A DNA stretch of 33,243 nucleotides from the IMG/VR virus record IMGVR_UViG_3300044452_000303, positions 1 to 33,243 of that record. One strand, written 5' to 3'. The position numbers and the translations under genes were made by a program. The notes beneath the pieces were generated by a model. That model had not been told where the DNA came from. It saw only the letters and a program-made list of their open reading frames with translations, and did no database searches. Below are positions 8,568-16,899 of the stretch, one piece after another. Within the stretch, counting starts at the first letter, position 1, and the number at the start of each line of letters is the position of its first letter. This stretch comes from a virus (Duplodnaviria > Caudoviricetes).

Positions 8568-8634
8568 CCTAAAGTGAGTTTTCGTTCGTACTATAGTGCC
8601 TAATTGGTACCAAGATATTGAAGAGCATAATACC
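8568..8634. promoter_or_regulatory. Lysis/lysogeny switch region (divergent promoters and operators)
   Basis: AT-rich 67-bp gap between divergent HTH genes, with palindromes ACTATAGT (8590-8597) and TTGGTACCAA (8604-8613). Confidence 0.7.
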
Positions 8635-9363
8635 ATGCAACTCGATCCGGGAAGAATATTAGACAGATTGAGATCAGCGTATTCTCTTCCGTCAGATGTG
8701 GCGGTAGCAGAGTTTCTTGGCGTAAGCAGGAGTACTCCTGCAGGATGGCGTCACCGCGAATATGTGGACCTGGCGTTAATTGCCCGAAAATGCCCTGACC
8801 TGAATCTGGACTGGCTGGTTCGTGGCGACGGAAAGCCACTGAAGGAGGGCCTGTCCGTCGTACGAGAGCCCGGAGGTAGGCCGTTTGCGACGCCGGACGA
8901 CGATTTGCGCGTGCCTGTGATGGGGACGCCTCTTATGGGAGACAAGAGCACGCCCCAGACCCTTGACACTATCGGATCGTATGGATTTACGGTCCGGGAT
9001 TGGATAGAAGACCGTGCAATGGTTGATCCGGAGTCCTGCTTCTTCGCGGTCGTGGGAGATGGCAAGATGGTGGGCATGCTGGATTCAGGAGACCTCATGC
9101 TCGTATCACCGGCGTCCCGTATTGACAAGCATGGGATATATGCCTTTTTCCACAGGGGCGCTTACGTCGCGAGATACCTGAAACCAGATGATGACGGGAT
9201 CCAGTTCATACCACCGTACTCGGCATATCCTATTGAGGCGGTAAGGCCGTCTGAGGAGTTCCAGTTGTGTGGCAGGGTGGTCGCTGCACTGACGAGGATC
9301 TATTATGACGACCCTAGATGGATAGCAACCTTCGCAAGAAAGCAAAACGCAGAAATGTCATGA
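8635..9363 (+). CDS. CI-type repressor (Phage_CI_repr HTH + degenerate S24 domain)
   Basis: ILDRLRSAY...VAEFLGVSRST...W...LNLDWLVRG N-domain; C-domain FAVVGDGKM...SGDLMLV...GIYAF...LCGRVV. Confidence 0.88.
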   Translation: MQLDPGRILDRLRSAYSLPSDVAVAEFLGVSRSTPAGWRHREYVDLALIARKCPDLNLDWLVRGDGKPLKEGLSVVREPGGRPFATPDDDLRVPVMGTPLMGDKSTPQTLDTIGSYGFTVRDWIEDRAMVDPESCFFAVVGDGKMVGMLDSGDLMLVSPASRIDKHGIYAFFHRGAYVARYLKPDDDGIQFIPPYSAYPIEAVRPSEEFQLCGRVVAALTRIYYDDPRWIATFARKQNAEMS

Positions 9364-9839
9364 AGCACACACTTTCCCTCGTAGTCATTATATGTTGCTT
9401 CGCATCGACAGCAGCAGCCCAGAAGGACCTGGAATATCAGCGCGTAGTCGAGGTTCAGGCTAGTGCGGATCAGATTTACGCCGCGGAGCGACAGCGTTTG
9501 GCAGAAGAGATGGTATCTTCGCAAGACGTCATTCAGGTAGACGACCGTATTAACGGGGTGATTACGGGTAATTTTATACTGACAATGCCTATCGGATTCC
9601 GCATTGGGCGCAATATTAAGGTCCGATTTACATCTACCATAGAAGCCAAGGAAGGCAGGTTTCGATATACGGCCAAAAACTTCTATGGCGTTTTCCACGT
9701 GCCGGGCCAGGGTATTTCGTACCTAGATGATATGCACGAACGAATTGTTGGTCGCATCCCGGCATTCATGGACGAGTACACGAATGAAATCAGGGATTAT
9801 ATCAATGCGTGGGCCGCTGAGCCAGAGGACGACTGGTAG
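9360..9839 (+). CDS. Secreted DUF4468-like protein
   Basis: Sec signal peptide (..STAAA|Q) and YQRVVEV..SADQIY...VIQVDD...GVITG...IEAKEGRFRY pattern. ATGA-coupled to the repressor. Confidence 0.75.
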   Translation: MKHTLSLVVIICCFASTAAAQKDLEYQRVVEVQASADQIYAAERQRLAEEMVSSQDVIQVDDRINGVITGNFILTMPIGFRIGRNIKVRFTSTIEAKEGRFRYTAKNFYGVFHVPGQGISYLDDMHERIVGRIPAFMDEYTNEIRDYINAWAAEPEDDW

Positions 9840-9842
9840 CCA

Positions 9843-10268
9843 TCAAACCTCCTTCACCTCAAACGACACCCCGTAGATGGCGTAGTCCGGACGGAGCGTC
9901 ATGAGGGCCATCCGGATTCCGGCGTCGGTGTCGATCGAGTAGTGTCTATCCCCGCCCATCCAGTGGAAGTTGTTTTCCATCCAGTCCACAATGCCTTCCG
10001 TGAGCACAAGCGCATCGTCGGCGCTGTCCTCCTGGTCGAACCCCCGCGTGAATGAAGCCACCAGGCAGTCGAAGTGGTAGAGGCCGTGGCCGCGCCGGCG
10101 CTTGCCTTCCCGGACAATGACCAGTACGGCGGGCATGATATCCATGAGCGCGTGCGGGTCCTCCAGGGCGTCATGAACCTCGCCCTGGTATTCCTTGATG
10201 ACGGCGAGACCTCCCGGAACCTGGACGTCTGCGAGATGGGTCAAAAGTGCGGCTCTTACGGTGTACAT
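9843..10268 (-). CDS. Mu gp37-like tail completion/terminator protein
   Basis: IKEYQGEV...MPAVLV pattern; follows the gp36-like gene. Confidence 0.65.
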   Translation of the reverse strand: MYTVRAALLTHLADVQVPGGLAVIKEYQGEVHDALEDPHALMDIMPAVLVIVREGKRRRGHGLYHFDCLVASFTRGFDQEDSADDALVLTEGIVDWMENNFHWMGGDRHYSIDTDAGIRMALMTLRPDYAIYGVSFEVKEV

Positions 10269-10270
10269 GG

Positions 10271-10696
10271 CTATTCAGGGTCGGTGAACCAGACGCTGAA
10301 CTTGCGCGTCCTGGCGTTCTTTACGGAGACGTCCAGCTGGGTATCGGTTTCGCCATCGGCGAGCGGCACGTTTCGGAAGCCCGCCTGGTAGGACTTCAGC
10401 TGGGCGAGGGAATGCTCATAGTCCCGGATGACCTGCGGCTTCACCTCTGTGGCCCGGTTGCCGTTCTTCAGGTCGAAGGCATGCTTCCGGATGATGTTCA
10501 TGAGGTGGTTGGTGAGCGCGGGCGTAATGGTGTCTGCGTTCACATCAACGTACTCGGACAGCTCGGCGTCCGCGTTGTCCACGACCAGCTGGAGTTTCGC
10601 GTCCTTCTGTTCGTCGGTATCGTTGATGGTGATGACGAGGTACTTCTCCCACTCGGGAAACCGCGTCTTGACGGTGGATAGCGTGAGTATGCTCAT
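10271..10696 (-). CDS. Mu gp36-like head-tail connector (DUF1320)
   Basis: VDNADAELSEYV...VIRDYEHSLAQLKSYQAG pattern. Confidence 0.75.
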   Translation of the reverse strand: MSILTLSTVKTRFPEWEKYLVITINDTDEQKDAKLQLVVDNADAELSEYVDVNADTITPALTNHLMNIIRKHAFDLKNGNRATEVKPQVIRDYEHSLAQLKSYQAGFRNVPLADGETDTQLDVSVKNARTRKFSVWFTDPE

Positions 10697-11217
10697 GGTG
10701 TATCGCTGAGGTTTGCGAGTCTGAGGAATCGCCCGATTTCTTCTCCGGCGAGGGCGCTGATGGTGCGGGCCGACTCTTCGGACAGCTCGAAGAAGCGGTG
10801 CTTCATCTTGTTCTTCCCGGCACCGGCCATCAGGAATCCGGCGATCTTGGACTTTTCCGGGTCGTCAATGAAGAGCGTGACGGACCGAAGATCGCCGCTC
10901 ACAACGTGATCCAGCTTTTCCATCATGCCGCCATGCTCGGAGAAATGGAGGTCCTTGCGGATGGTCTGCAGGGCTTTCCCCGCGCCCTGGCCGCGGCGGC
11001 GCTTGCGGGCATGGCCCTTGGAGTAGGGACTGTTTTCCGCTGGGTCTTTGGCTGTGGGGAATGGCTTGCCCTCGAAGTCCTTTCCCTCGCGGGTGTTCTT
11101 GCGGATGATGCGCTGCGCCGCGAGCCCAATCTTGTTCTGAAGCTGCTGGCTTTCGAGCAGCTCCGCGAGCTGGTGCAGGTCCTTGGCAATCGGGGCTGTT
11201 CCTTTAATTCGGATCAT
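10693..11217 (-). CDS. Virion morphogenesis protein (Mu gpG / tail completion S-like)
   Basis: IRKNTREGKDFEGKPF...YSKGHARKRR...MKHRFFELS; TGATG coupling to terL. Confidence 0.7.
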   Translation of the reverse strand: MIRIKGTAPIAKDLHQLAELLESQQLQNKIGLAAQRIIRKNTREGKDFEGKPFPTAKDPAENSPYSKGHARKRRRGQGAGKALQTIRKDLHFSEHGGMMEKLDHVVSGDLRSVTLFIDDPEKSKIAGFLMAGAGKNKMKHRFFELSEESARTISALAGEEIGRFLRLANLSDTP

Positions 11218-12749
11218 CAGTGAAACCCCCGCTTGTCCCATCTGGGGCGCTCATGACGACGCTTTCCGAGGGGTTTGAATCCGCCGGTGTCGATGTAGGC
11301 CCGAATCATGATGTAGGCCGTAGCGGCAGCGTCCAGGCCGTCCAGCTTGGTGCGGCCATGCTTGCCGTACTTCAGGAATTGACGCTTGTAGATTTCGTAG
11401 TCGCTGGTGCCGACCACGTCCTCATCGTAGAAGAACTGGCCGAGGGCATGCGGATGAACGAGGTTCATGATGCGACTGTCCTTGTCCGCTGCCCGGTGCG
11501 CCGTCTTCAGGTCCTTGGCGTTGTGCATGACAATGGGGAGCGGCGTCTCTTCCTGCTTCAGCCATTCCTGGTAATAGGGCTGGGCAAAGGCCCACTGGCT
11601 GAAGTCGTTCTCAAACAGGATGGCCTTGCACTTCGGCAGGCGAAGCACCATTTCCCGGAGCGCGGAAAAGAAGATGGGATACGGCTCGTTTCGGATCCGT
11701 ATGCCGAGGCAGACAACGCGGTGGTCCTTCAGGATGGCCAGGGCAAACGCGGCCTTGGCGCAGCTCTCCGGGCTCTGGCCGTACGCCGGGTCAACGGCGA
11801 TGATGGTGGCCAGAATGTCATCCCGGTGCGGACGCATGGTATGCAGCCACTCCGGTTGGAACTGATCGCCGAGTTCAAGCGGATCGTCCAGGTACTCGGC
11901 GTGCCAGATGTCGGAGGGCGTTTCGGACTTCAGCTTTTCGATGGCCTCCATGTCCAAGCGCTCGGGCCAGTTGGATTCGCCCTTGTCGTTCAGGATGGGA
12001 AACGAGAAATGCCGATCCGGAAACTCCTTGGCCAGGAGGCGGACCGGGCAGCCGTCATTGATGCTGTTGCCGAAGAGGAGCGACAGGCCGTCCCGCTCCA
12101 TTTGCCGGTACGCCTCCCCTGTGACCCACTCGTAGACGCGCAGGTTGTCCAGCTCGCTCCGGACGGATTCCTTGTTGTAGAGGTCATCCAGGATCATGAA
12201 CCGGATGCGCTTGAAATCATCGTCCACGATGTTCCGGAGGCCGGTGCTCACGGACCCGGCCACCAGGTGCGTGCTGCCGCCCTCGGCCTTGAAGATGTGG
12301 TATCCGGCAGAGTCCTGGACGCAGCTGATGCCGTAGTCGTAGCAGAGCGTCTTGTTGGACTGCAGGATGCGGCTCAGCGCCTTCGTCCGGTTGCGGGCCG
12401 TGTCCAGGTCCCGGCACCCGACGGCGTAGATGCCGCCGAGTCCCATGGCGATCTTGTGCATGCCGACGGCCAGGTATCCGAAGGCGCTCTTTCCGGACTG
12501 TGGGAATCCGGAAATGGTGTACTTCCCAACCTTCAGGCTGGCAATGTGCCGGTGGGCGTCGTTGAAGGGCGCGCTGAAGACGTTCGGGAAGTAGGTCTTG
12601 GCGAAGGCCATGACGTCCGCGTCGGCAGCCCTTCGGCGCTCGCGTCGCTTCTCCGGCGTGAGCTCGGTTTCCGCGACCTCGAAGAGGACGGATTCCAGCA
12701 GCTGATCGAACAGCTCCTCTGCTTGCCGTATATCGCGTTCACGTGCCAT
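11217..12749 (-). CDS. terL: Terminase large subunit
   Basis: Walker A GFPQSGKS, Walker B FMILDD, nuclease motifs AVDPA and DGLDA. Start MARERD at 12749. Confidence 0.9.
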   Translation of the reverse strand: MARERDIRQAEELFDQLLESVLFEVAETELTPEKRRERRRAADADVMAFAKTYFPNVFSAPFNDAHRHIASLKVGKYTISGFPQSGKSAFGYLAVGMHKIAMGLGGIYAVGCRDLDTARNRTKALSRILQSNKTLCYDYGISCVQDSAGYHIFKAEGGSTHLVAGSVSTGLRNIVDDDFKRIRFMILDDLYNKESVRSELDNLRVYEWVTGEAYRQMERDGLSLLFGNSINDGCPVRLLAKEFPDRHFSFPILNDKGESNWPERLDMEAIEKLKSETPSDIWHAEYLDDPLELGDQFQPEWLHTMRPHRDDILATIIAVDPAYGQSPESCAKAAFALAILKDHRVVCLGIRIRNEPYPIFFSALREMVLRLPKCKAILFENDFSQWAFAQPYYQEWLKQEETPLPIVMHNAKDLKTAHRAADKDSRIMNLVHPHALGQFFYDEDVVGTSDYEIYKRQFLKYGKHGRTKLDGLDAAATAYIMIRAYIDTGGFKPLGKRRHERPRWDKRGFH

Positions 12750-12813
12750 GGTGTGTCTTCTATCGCTGAATGGGAGATCGGGCCTCTCGGCCAACGTCGG
12801 ACGGCTTTGACGG

Positions 12814-13314
12814 CTATTCCGGGCCCGAGAGCCACTGCTTCTTTCGGACGCGGTCCAGCGCCTCGTTCTTGAAGTCCCGAATGGCCGCCACAAGGTCTTC
12901 GCTGAGCACGGACTCATGATGCTCCTTCATGTGCCGAAGGAAGTCATTGAGGACGTGGTAGACCATGTGCGTGTGGTAGCTCTCATCGAACATGGTCTGG
13001 AAGGTCTTCGAGAGCTTGGCCAGCGCGTCGGTTTCCTTGGAGCCGAAGTCCGGTTTGTCCAGGAGTTCTTCCAGGCGGCGCATGACCTTGGCCATGACGC
13101 TGCCCGGCGCGATGGTGAGCATTTGCAGCTCGGCGCGCCACTCCTCGCGCTTATCATCCCAGGTGCGGCCGTCCATACCGGGTTTCATGCTGCGCTTGTG
13201 GATGGCGGTTTTTGACGGCTTGCCGTTGTAGATGCGCGAGATTTCACCGGCGGTCTTCCCGTCGGCGACGTACAGGCGCTCGATCTGGTCCCAGATATGG
13301 TCAGGATATCGCAT
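12814..13314 (-). CDS. Probable terminase small subunit
   Basis: N-terminal HTH (LYVADGKTAGEIS...W..KR), helical protein, lies between portal and terL. Confidence 0.7.
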   Translation of the reverse strand: MRYPDHIWDQIERLYVADGKTAGEISRIYNGKPSKTAIHKRSMKPGMDGRTWDDKREEWRAELQMLTIAPGSVMAKVMRRLEELLDKPDFGSKETDALAKLSKTFQTMFDESYHTHMVYHVLNDFLRHMKEHHESVLSEDLVAAIRDFKNEALDRVRKKQWLSGPE

Positions 13315-14453
13315 CAGTCCAGGAGAATGTCTGTGGCACGGGTTTGGCGAACGAGGGCCTGCTGGCCGGGATCAACGTAGAGGCCGAGCTTGCGGTACTC
13401 ATCGGGATCAATGGGCAGTCCGTGGCGGAAGGCCATGTCCACGATGTCCGCGTGCTCCTTGACGTCGACAGGCTTTTTCTTGTCGAGCTCGAAGCGCGGA
13501 TAGCGCTGGTCGGTAAAGTTTCGCCCCCAGATGGTCCGGATGAGCCGGTTCACGTGGGGCTCCAGCCAGTGCATGTCATCGACGGCGAGGTCGAAGCGGA
13601 CTTCGTAGCTGGACGTGTTGTCGCCCACTTGCAGGCCGCTCGACTGCTCGACGCTGTTGGCGTGTCCGAGCAGCGAAATGGCAATGCCCTTGTCCGCCCG
13701 CGCAACGTACTTGTCGTGGTCGCCTGCGGTCTTGGCCGACTCAATGACTTCGACAGATGACCCATCCGGGCCGATTCCCCGCGAGCTGGCGGCAATGGCG
13801 TTGACCGCATCTTCCAGCTGCTTCTTGAAGGCGTCATCCGATCCCGGAGGATACTTGCCCCAGATGAACGCTTCGCCCCAGTTCTCCATGAAGGCGCTCC
13901 AGGCAGCAACGCCATACTCTTTCAGGATGAACTCCCGGAGTACGGGCAGCATGACAGGCATCTTGGACGGGCGCATTTCCGTCACGAGGGCCGTTTCCGG
14001 AATTTCCTCCAGGCGCTGGCCCCAGTCGATTTTCAGAATGCGGTTTTCGTCCCGGCGGAAATACTTCTGGTCGAATGCTTCGAAGGCAACGGGTGTATCC
14101 CTGCCGTCCATCAGCTCCCACTCGAAGTCCACGACCGAATACGTGTACATGCGGGCGGCGTGGATTTCCTCCAGGAGATCCCGCAAGTGAAGCCGCTCCA
14201 GTACGCCCTGGATCCACTCGCGACGCTCGTTGTCCGTGGACTCGTCTTCGTAGCTCACAATCGAGTATCCGCGCTTGTATCCGGAGCGCCTGCCGATGAG
14301 GCACCCGGCCACGTGCGAGTCGGTCTCCGCCTCCTTCATCATGGCGATGAGGTTGCGCGGATCACCTTTTTCGTATTTCTTTCGGGCGTCCCGGAAACCC
14401 TTGGGGTCGAAGGATACGCGTGGTTTGGATGATTGGCGGGGTACTGCCAGCAT
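13314..14453 (-). CDS. Portal protein (Mu gp29 / DUF935)
   Basis: DSHVAGCL..R, WSAFMENWG....GKY and ADKGIAISLLG motifs. Confidence 0.9.
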   Translation of the reverse strand: MLAVPRQSSKPRVSFDPKGFRDARKKYEKGDPRNLIAMMKEAETDSHVAGCLIGRRSGYKRGYSIVSYEDESTDNERREWIQGVLERLHLRDLLEEIHAARMYTYSVVDFEWELMDGRDTPVAFEAFDQKYFRRDENRILKIDWGQRLEEIPETALVTEMRPSKMPVMLPVLREFILKEYGVAAWSAFMENWGEAFIWGKYPPGSDDAFKKQLEDAVNAIAASSRGIGPDGSSVEVIESAKTAGDHDKYVARADKGIAISLLGHANSVEQSSGLQVGDNTSSYEVRFDLAVDDMHWLEPHVNRLIRTIWGRNFTDQRYPRFELDKKKPVDVKEHADIVDMAFRHGLPIDPDEYRKLGLYVDPGQQALVRQTRATDILLD

Positions 14454-14519
14454 ATCGATAGTGGTCAGCGGCTGTTGTTCGTGACCAAAAGTACCCTTAT
14501 CCCCCGCGTCCTCCCCCCT

Positions 14520-14551
14520 AAACCGTCTCTAATGCGCATTAGAGACGGTTT
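14520..14551. repeat. Perfect 32-bp palindrome between the divergent late operons
   Basis: AAACCGTCTCTAATGC|GCATTAGAGACGGTTT. Confidence 0.95.
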
Positions 14552-14609
14552 TTGTGGCGGTCTCCCTCGGAATCGGTCTATGTTTCAGTCACTCAAAACG
14601 AGGGCTGCT

Positions 14610-15734
14610 ATGAACTGGCTTAGCCGCTACTTCAAGAACCGAAACTCCGAGGTTACCGATGAAACGACTCCTGTCCTGCGCGGCATTCCTGCTGGCGCTT
14701 TTTGTAATGCTGTTGAGCTCCCCGACGACGCAGGCGACGCCGGTCCTGATGGATTCATTCGAGCTGTCCCTGTCGGACTCTTCCCCCTCCATCACAATGG
14801 AGCTCACGAAGTCACCCGAGAACACGTCCAGCAAATGGCTGACAATTTCGAGCGCTCAGGTGTTGAACTGCTCTTCGACGTCGACCATCAGTCAATCTGG
14901 GGAAGTACTCGCGCAGCTGGATGGTCAAGTGAAGTCGAAGCCCGCGAAGACGGCCTATATGTACGCTTCCCAGAATGGACCGCCTACGGCAAGCCTTACG
15001 TCGACTCCCGCGAATACCGGTATCTCTCGCCCGTCTACTTCCTCAACTCTCTCGGGAAGGACGGATCCGATCGAGGCGCGCGCATCCACTCGATTGCCCT
15101 CACCAACCTGCCGTACTTCGACGAACGGGAAATCGATTACATAGGCAATCGGTCTCCCGCCCAGGCCCCCGAATCCAGCCACGATTCACCTCCAGAAGAA
15201 GAGAACATCATGGACCGCAAACTACTGATCAACTCCCTTGGCCTCGCCGAGACGGCCACCGATGAGGAAATCACGGCTGAAGTCGAGCGCCTGAAGGCCA
15301 ACCAGGCACCTGCGCCTGAGCCCGAGAGCAAGGATACCCCGGCCACTCCGGCCACTCCGGCCACGCCTCCTGCCGCTGGCAGTGGCGATGGCGACGGCGA
15401 GGACGACCTGGCTGCCAAGGTGAACAGCCTTGAAGAGCGCCTTCGCGCTCGGGATGAAAAGGACGCCCGCGACCAGGCGGAAGCCCTGGTCGATCAGGCG
15501 ATCTCGGACCGCAAGATCCTTCCGACCCAGAAGGCGACGTATGTGAATGCGGCCGTTGCGGACTTCTCGGCCACCAAGGCAGAAATCGACGGCATGACCT
15601 CTGGCACGGTTACGCCGCGGAAACTGCGTGTCAATTCCGGGTCACCGGCAGACGGCACGCCCAAGGATCGCTTCGCGAGCTCGGTCAATCAGTCCTTGCT
15701 CGAACACGTCAACAAGCAGCAGGCCGCCCGATAG
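14610..15734 (+). CDS. Prohead protease/scaffold (Mu gp32 I/Z-like)
   Basis: FDVDHQS, AAGW, EWT..G, EYRYLSP and ALTNLP motifs; C-terminal scaffold domain. Confidence 0.9.
   Translation: MNWLSRYFKNRNSEVTDETTPVLRGIPAGAFCNAVELPDDAGDAGPDGFIRAVPVGLFPLHHNGAHEVTREHVQQMADNFERSGVELLFDVDHQSIWGSTRAAGWSSEVEAREDGLYVRFPEWTAYGKPYVDSREYRYLSPVYFLNSLGKDGSDRGARIHSIALTNLPYFDEREIDYIGNRSPAQAPESSHDSPPEEENIMDRKLLINSLGLAETATDEEITAEVERLKANQAPAPEPESKDTPATPATPATPPAAGSGDGDGEDDLAAKVNSLEERLRARDEKDARDQAEALVDQAISDRKILPTQKATYVNAAVADFSATKAEIDGMTSGTVTPRKLRVNSGSPADGTPKDRFASSVNQSLLEHVNKQQAAR
15210..15734 (+). CDS. Nested scaffold protein (Mu gpZ-like, internal start)
   Basis: GAAGAGAACATC-ATG after a Pro/Ser linker, then MDRKLLINSLGL..ATDEEI, as in Mu I/Z. 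Confidence 0.55.
   Translation: MDRKLLINSLGLAETATDEEITAEVERLKANQAPAPEPESKDTPATPATPATPPAAGSGDGDGEDDLAAKVNSLEERLRARDEKDARDQAEALVDQAISDRKILPTQKATYVNAAVADFSATKAEIDGMTSGTVTPRKLRVNSGSPADGTPKDRFASSVNQSLLEHVNKQQAAR
15339..15365 (+). repeat. 9-bp tandem repeat x3 (encodes PAT PAT PAT)
   Basis: CCGGCCACT CCGGCCACT CCGGCCACG. Confidence 0.8.
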
Positions 15735-15791
15735 GGTGGTCCTCATTGAGGCGAGCCCGACGCCTCTCAGAGAACCCAAACAGAGAAGACC

Positions 15792-16763
15792 ATGCAACTT
15801 GCCCAGCTTTCACAACTCAACTCGGAGCGCGGTCGGGCCGCTCTCGCCGAACTCCTTGACCGGGATCCGTTCCTGCGCTTCCTGGAAGCAAACAGCGCGT
15901 GGGAAGAGGATGCCACCGACTTCGACTGGCGACCCATTGATCCGAGCCAGGCGCTCCAGACGCGCGCCATCGGCGGTGAATACACTCCGACGGATGCGAC
16001 GCCTGGCACCCGGCAGACGGACACGCTGTCGTTCCATGGATTCTCGATCGACATCGACGAGACGCACATTGCCGATGCGAACCGCGGTTTGCGCGACCTC
16101 GACCAGTGGCTCTCGAAGGAGATCACGCGTCGGATCCGCAAGTGGTCCAAGCTCTTCGGAAATGCCCTTTTCGTTGGCGCTGGGACGACCACGCTGCTGA
16201 AGGGTCTTTCCAAGATCCTGGACGGCACGACCGACCTGCCGGGCTACACTGGCGAGACGGGCGTGATCGACGCTGCAGACTGGCTCACGGGTACTCCTGA
16301 CAGCTTCGACCTGTCGAACTCGGCCAACTGGGGGACCTTCATTGAGAAGCTCATCCGGTACCGCCTGTCGGTCCCTGGTGCCAAGGGCATGGCCATGAGT
16401 CCGGAGCTTTATGCCCGGATGTACACGATCGCGCAGTCCAAGCACATCCTCGGAGAGCAGCGGGACGCCTTCGGTGTACCGGTGGCCACGTTCGCCGGTC
16501 TCCCGATGATCGAGATGATCGAAGGATCCATCTTGACCACAGAGCCCGACAACAACGTCTCTCCGGCGACGAACACGACGAGCCTCTATCTCATGCGTCC
16601 CGGCGAAATGGACCTTTCCCTGGTCTCCAACTCCGGCCTTCAGTTCGATGACGACATCGATCTGGAGAAGAAGGAATCGCGCCGCGTCAAGGCCGAAATC
16701 CGCGCCAAGTGGAAGATCGAGGAAAAGGACTCCATCCGTCGCTTCCGCAACATCAAGCTCTAG
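15792..16763 (+). CDS. Major capsid protein
   Basis: 323 aa directly after the protease/scaffold; RAIGGEY..., FGVPVATFAGLP pattern of HK97-fold capsids. Confidence 0.85.
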   Translation: MQLAQLSQLNSERGRAALAELLDRDPFLRFLEANSAWEEDATDFDWRPIDPSQALQTRAIGGEYTPTDATPGTRQTDTLSFHGFSIDIDETHIADANRGLRDLDQWLSKEITRRIRKWSKLFGNALFVGAGTTTLLKGLSKILDGTTDLPGYTGETGVIDAADWLTGTPDSFDLSNSANWGTFIEKLIRYRLSVPGAKGMAMSPELYARMYTIAQSKHILGEQRDAFGVPVATFAGLPMIEMIEGSILTTEPDNNVSPATNTTSLYLMRPGEMDLSLVSNSGLQFDDDIDLEKKESRRVKAEIRAKWKIEEKDSIRRFRNIKL

Positions 16764-16781
16764 GGCTGACGCCCTGGGCTG

Positions 16782-16879
16782 GGCGGTTGCCGGGGTCGGG
16801 CCCCCGGCTTCCGCCTCCACCTGAGACGAACCCGACGACGAAGAGAGTCAAGCGCCGGGCCTCCGGGCCCGGCCTTGAC
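16782..16879 (+). promoter_or_regulatory. Two GC-rich hairpins after the capsid gene
   Basis: GGCGG-tt-GCCGGGG/CCCCGGC-tt-CCGCC (16782-16815) and GTCAAG-c-GCCGGGCC-tccg-GGCCCGGC-CTTGAC (16847-16879). No U-tract. Confidence 0.5.
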
Positions 16880-16899
16880 GCCACGAAACCGAGAATACC

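Noticed and set aside
11220-12872. 550-aa plus-strand ORF, and similar long antisense ORFs at 575-1504, 1911-2999, 15810-16820, 20726-21658 and 22310-23632
   Set aside because: Shadow frames opposite clearly recognisable genes in GC-rich DNA, with no motifs.
12750-12917. N-terminal extension of terL overlapping terS (possible terS-terL fusion)
   Set aside because: The extension is low-complexity, no slippery site is evident, and ATG 12749 has a typical start context.
14520-14551. Palindrome as a protelomerase (tel) site or intrinsic terminator
   Set aside because: No protelomerase is encoded in the window and the phage is transposable. It lies between divergent starts, where a terminator has no upstream gene to stop.
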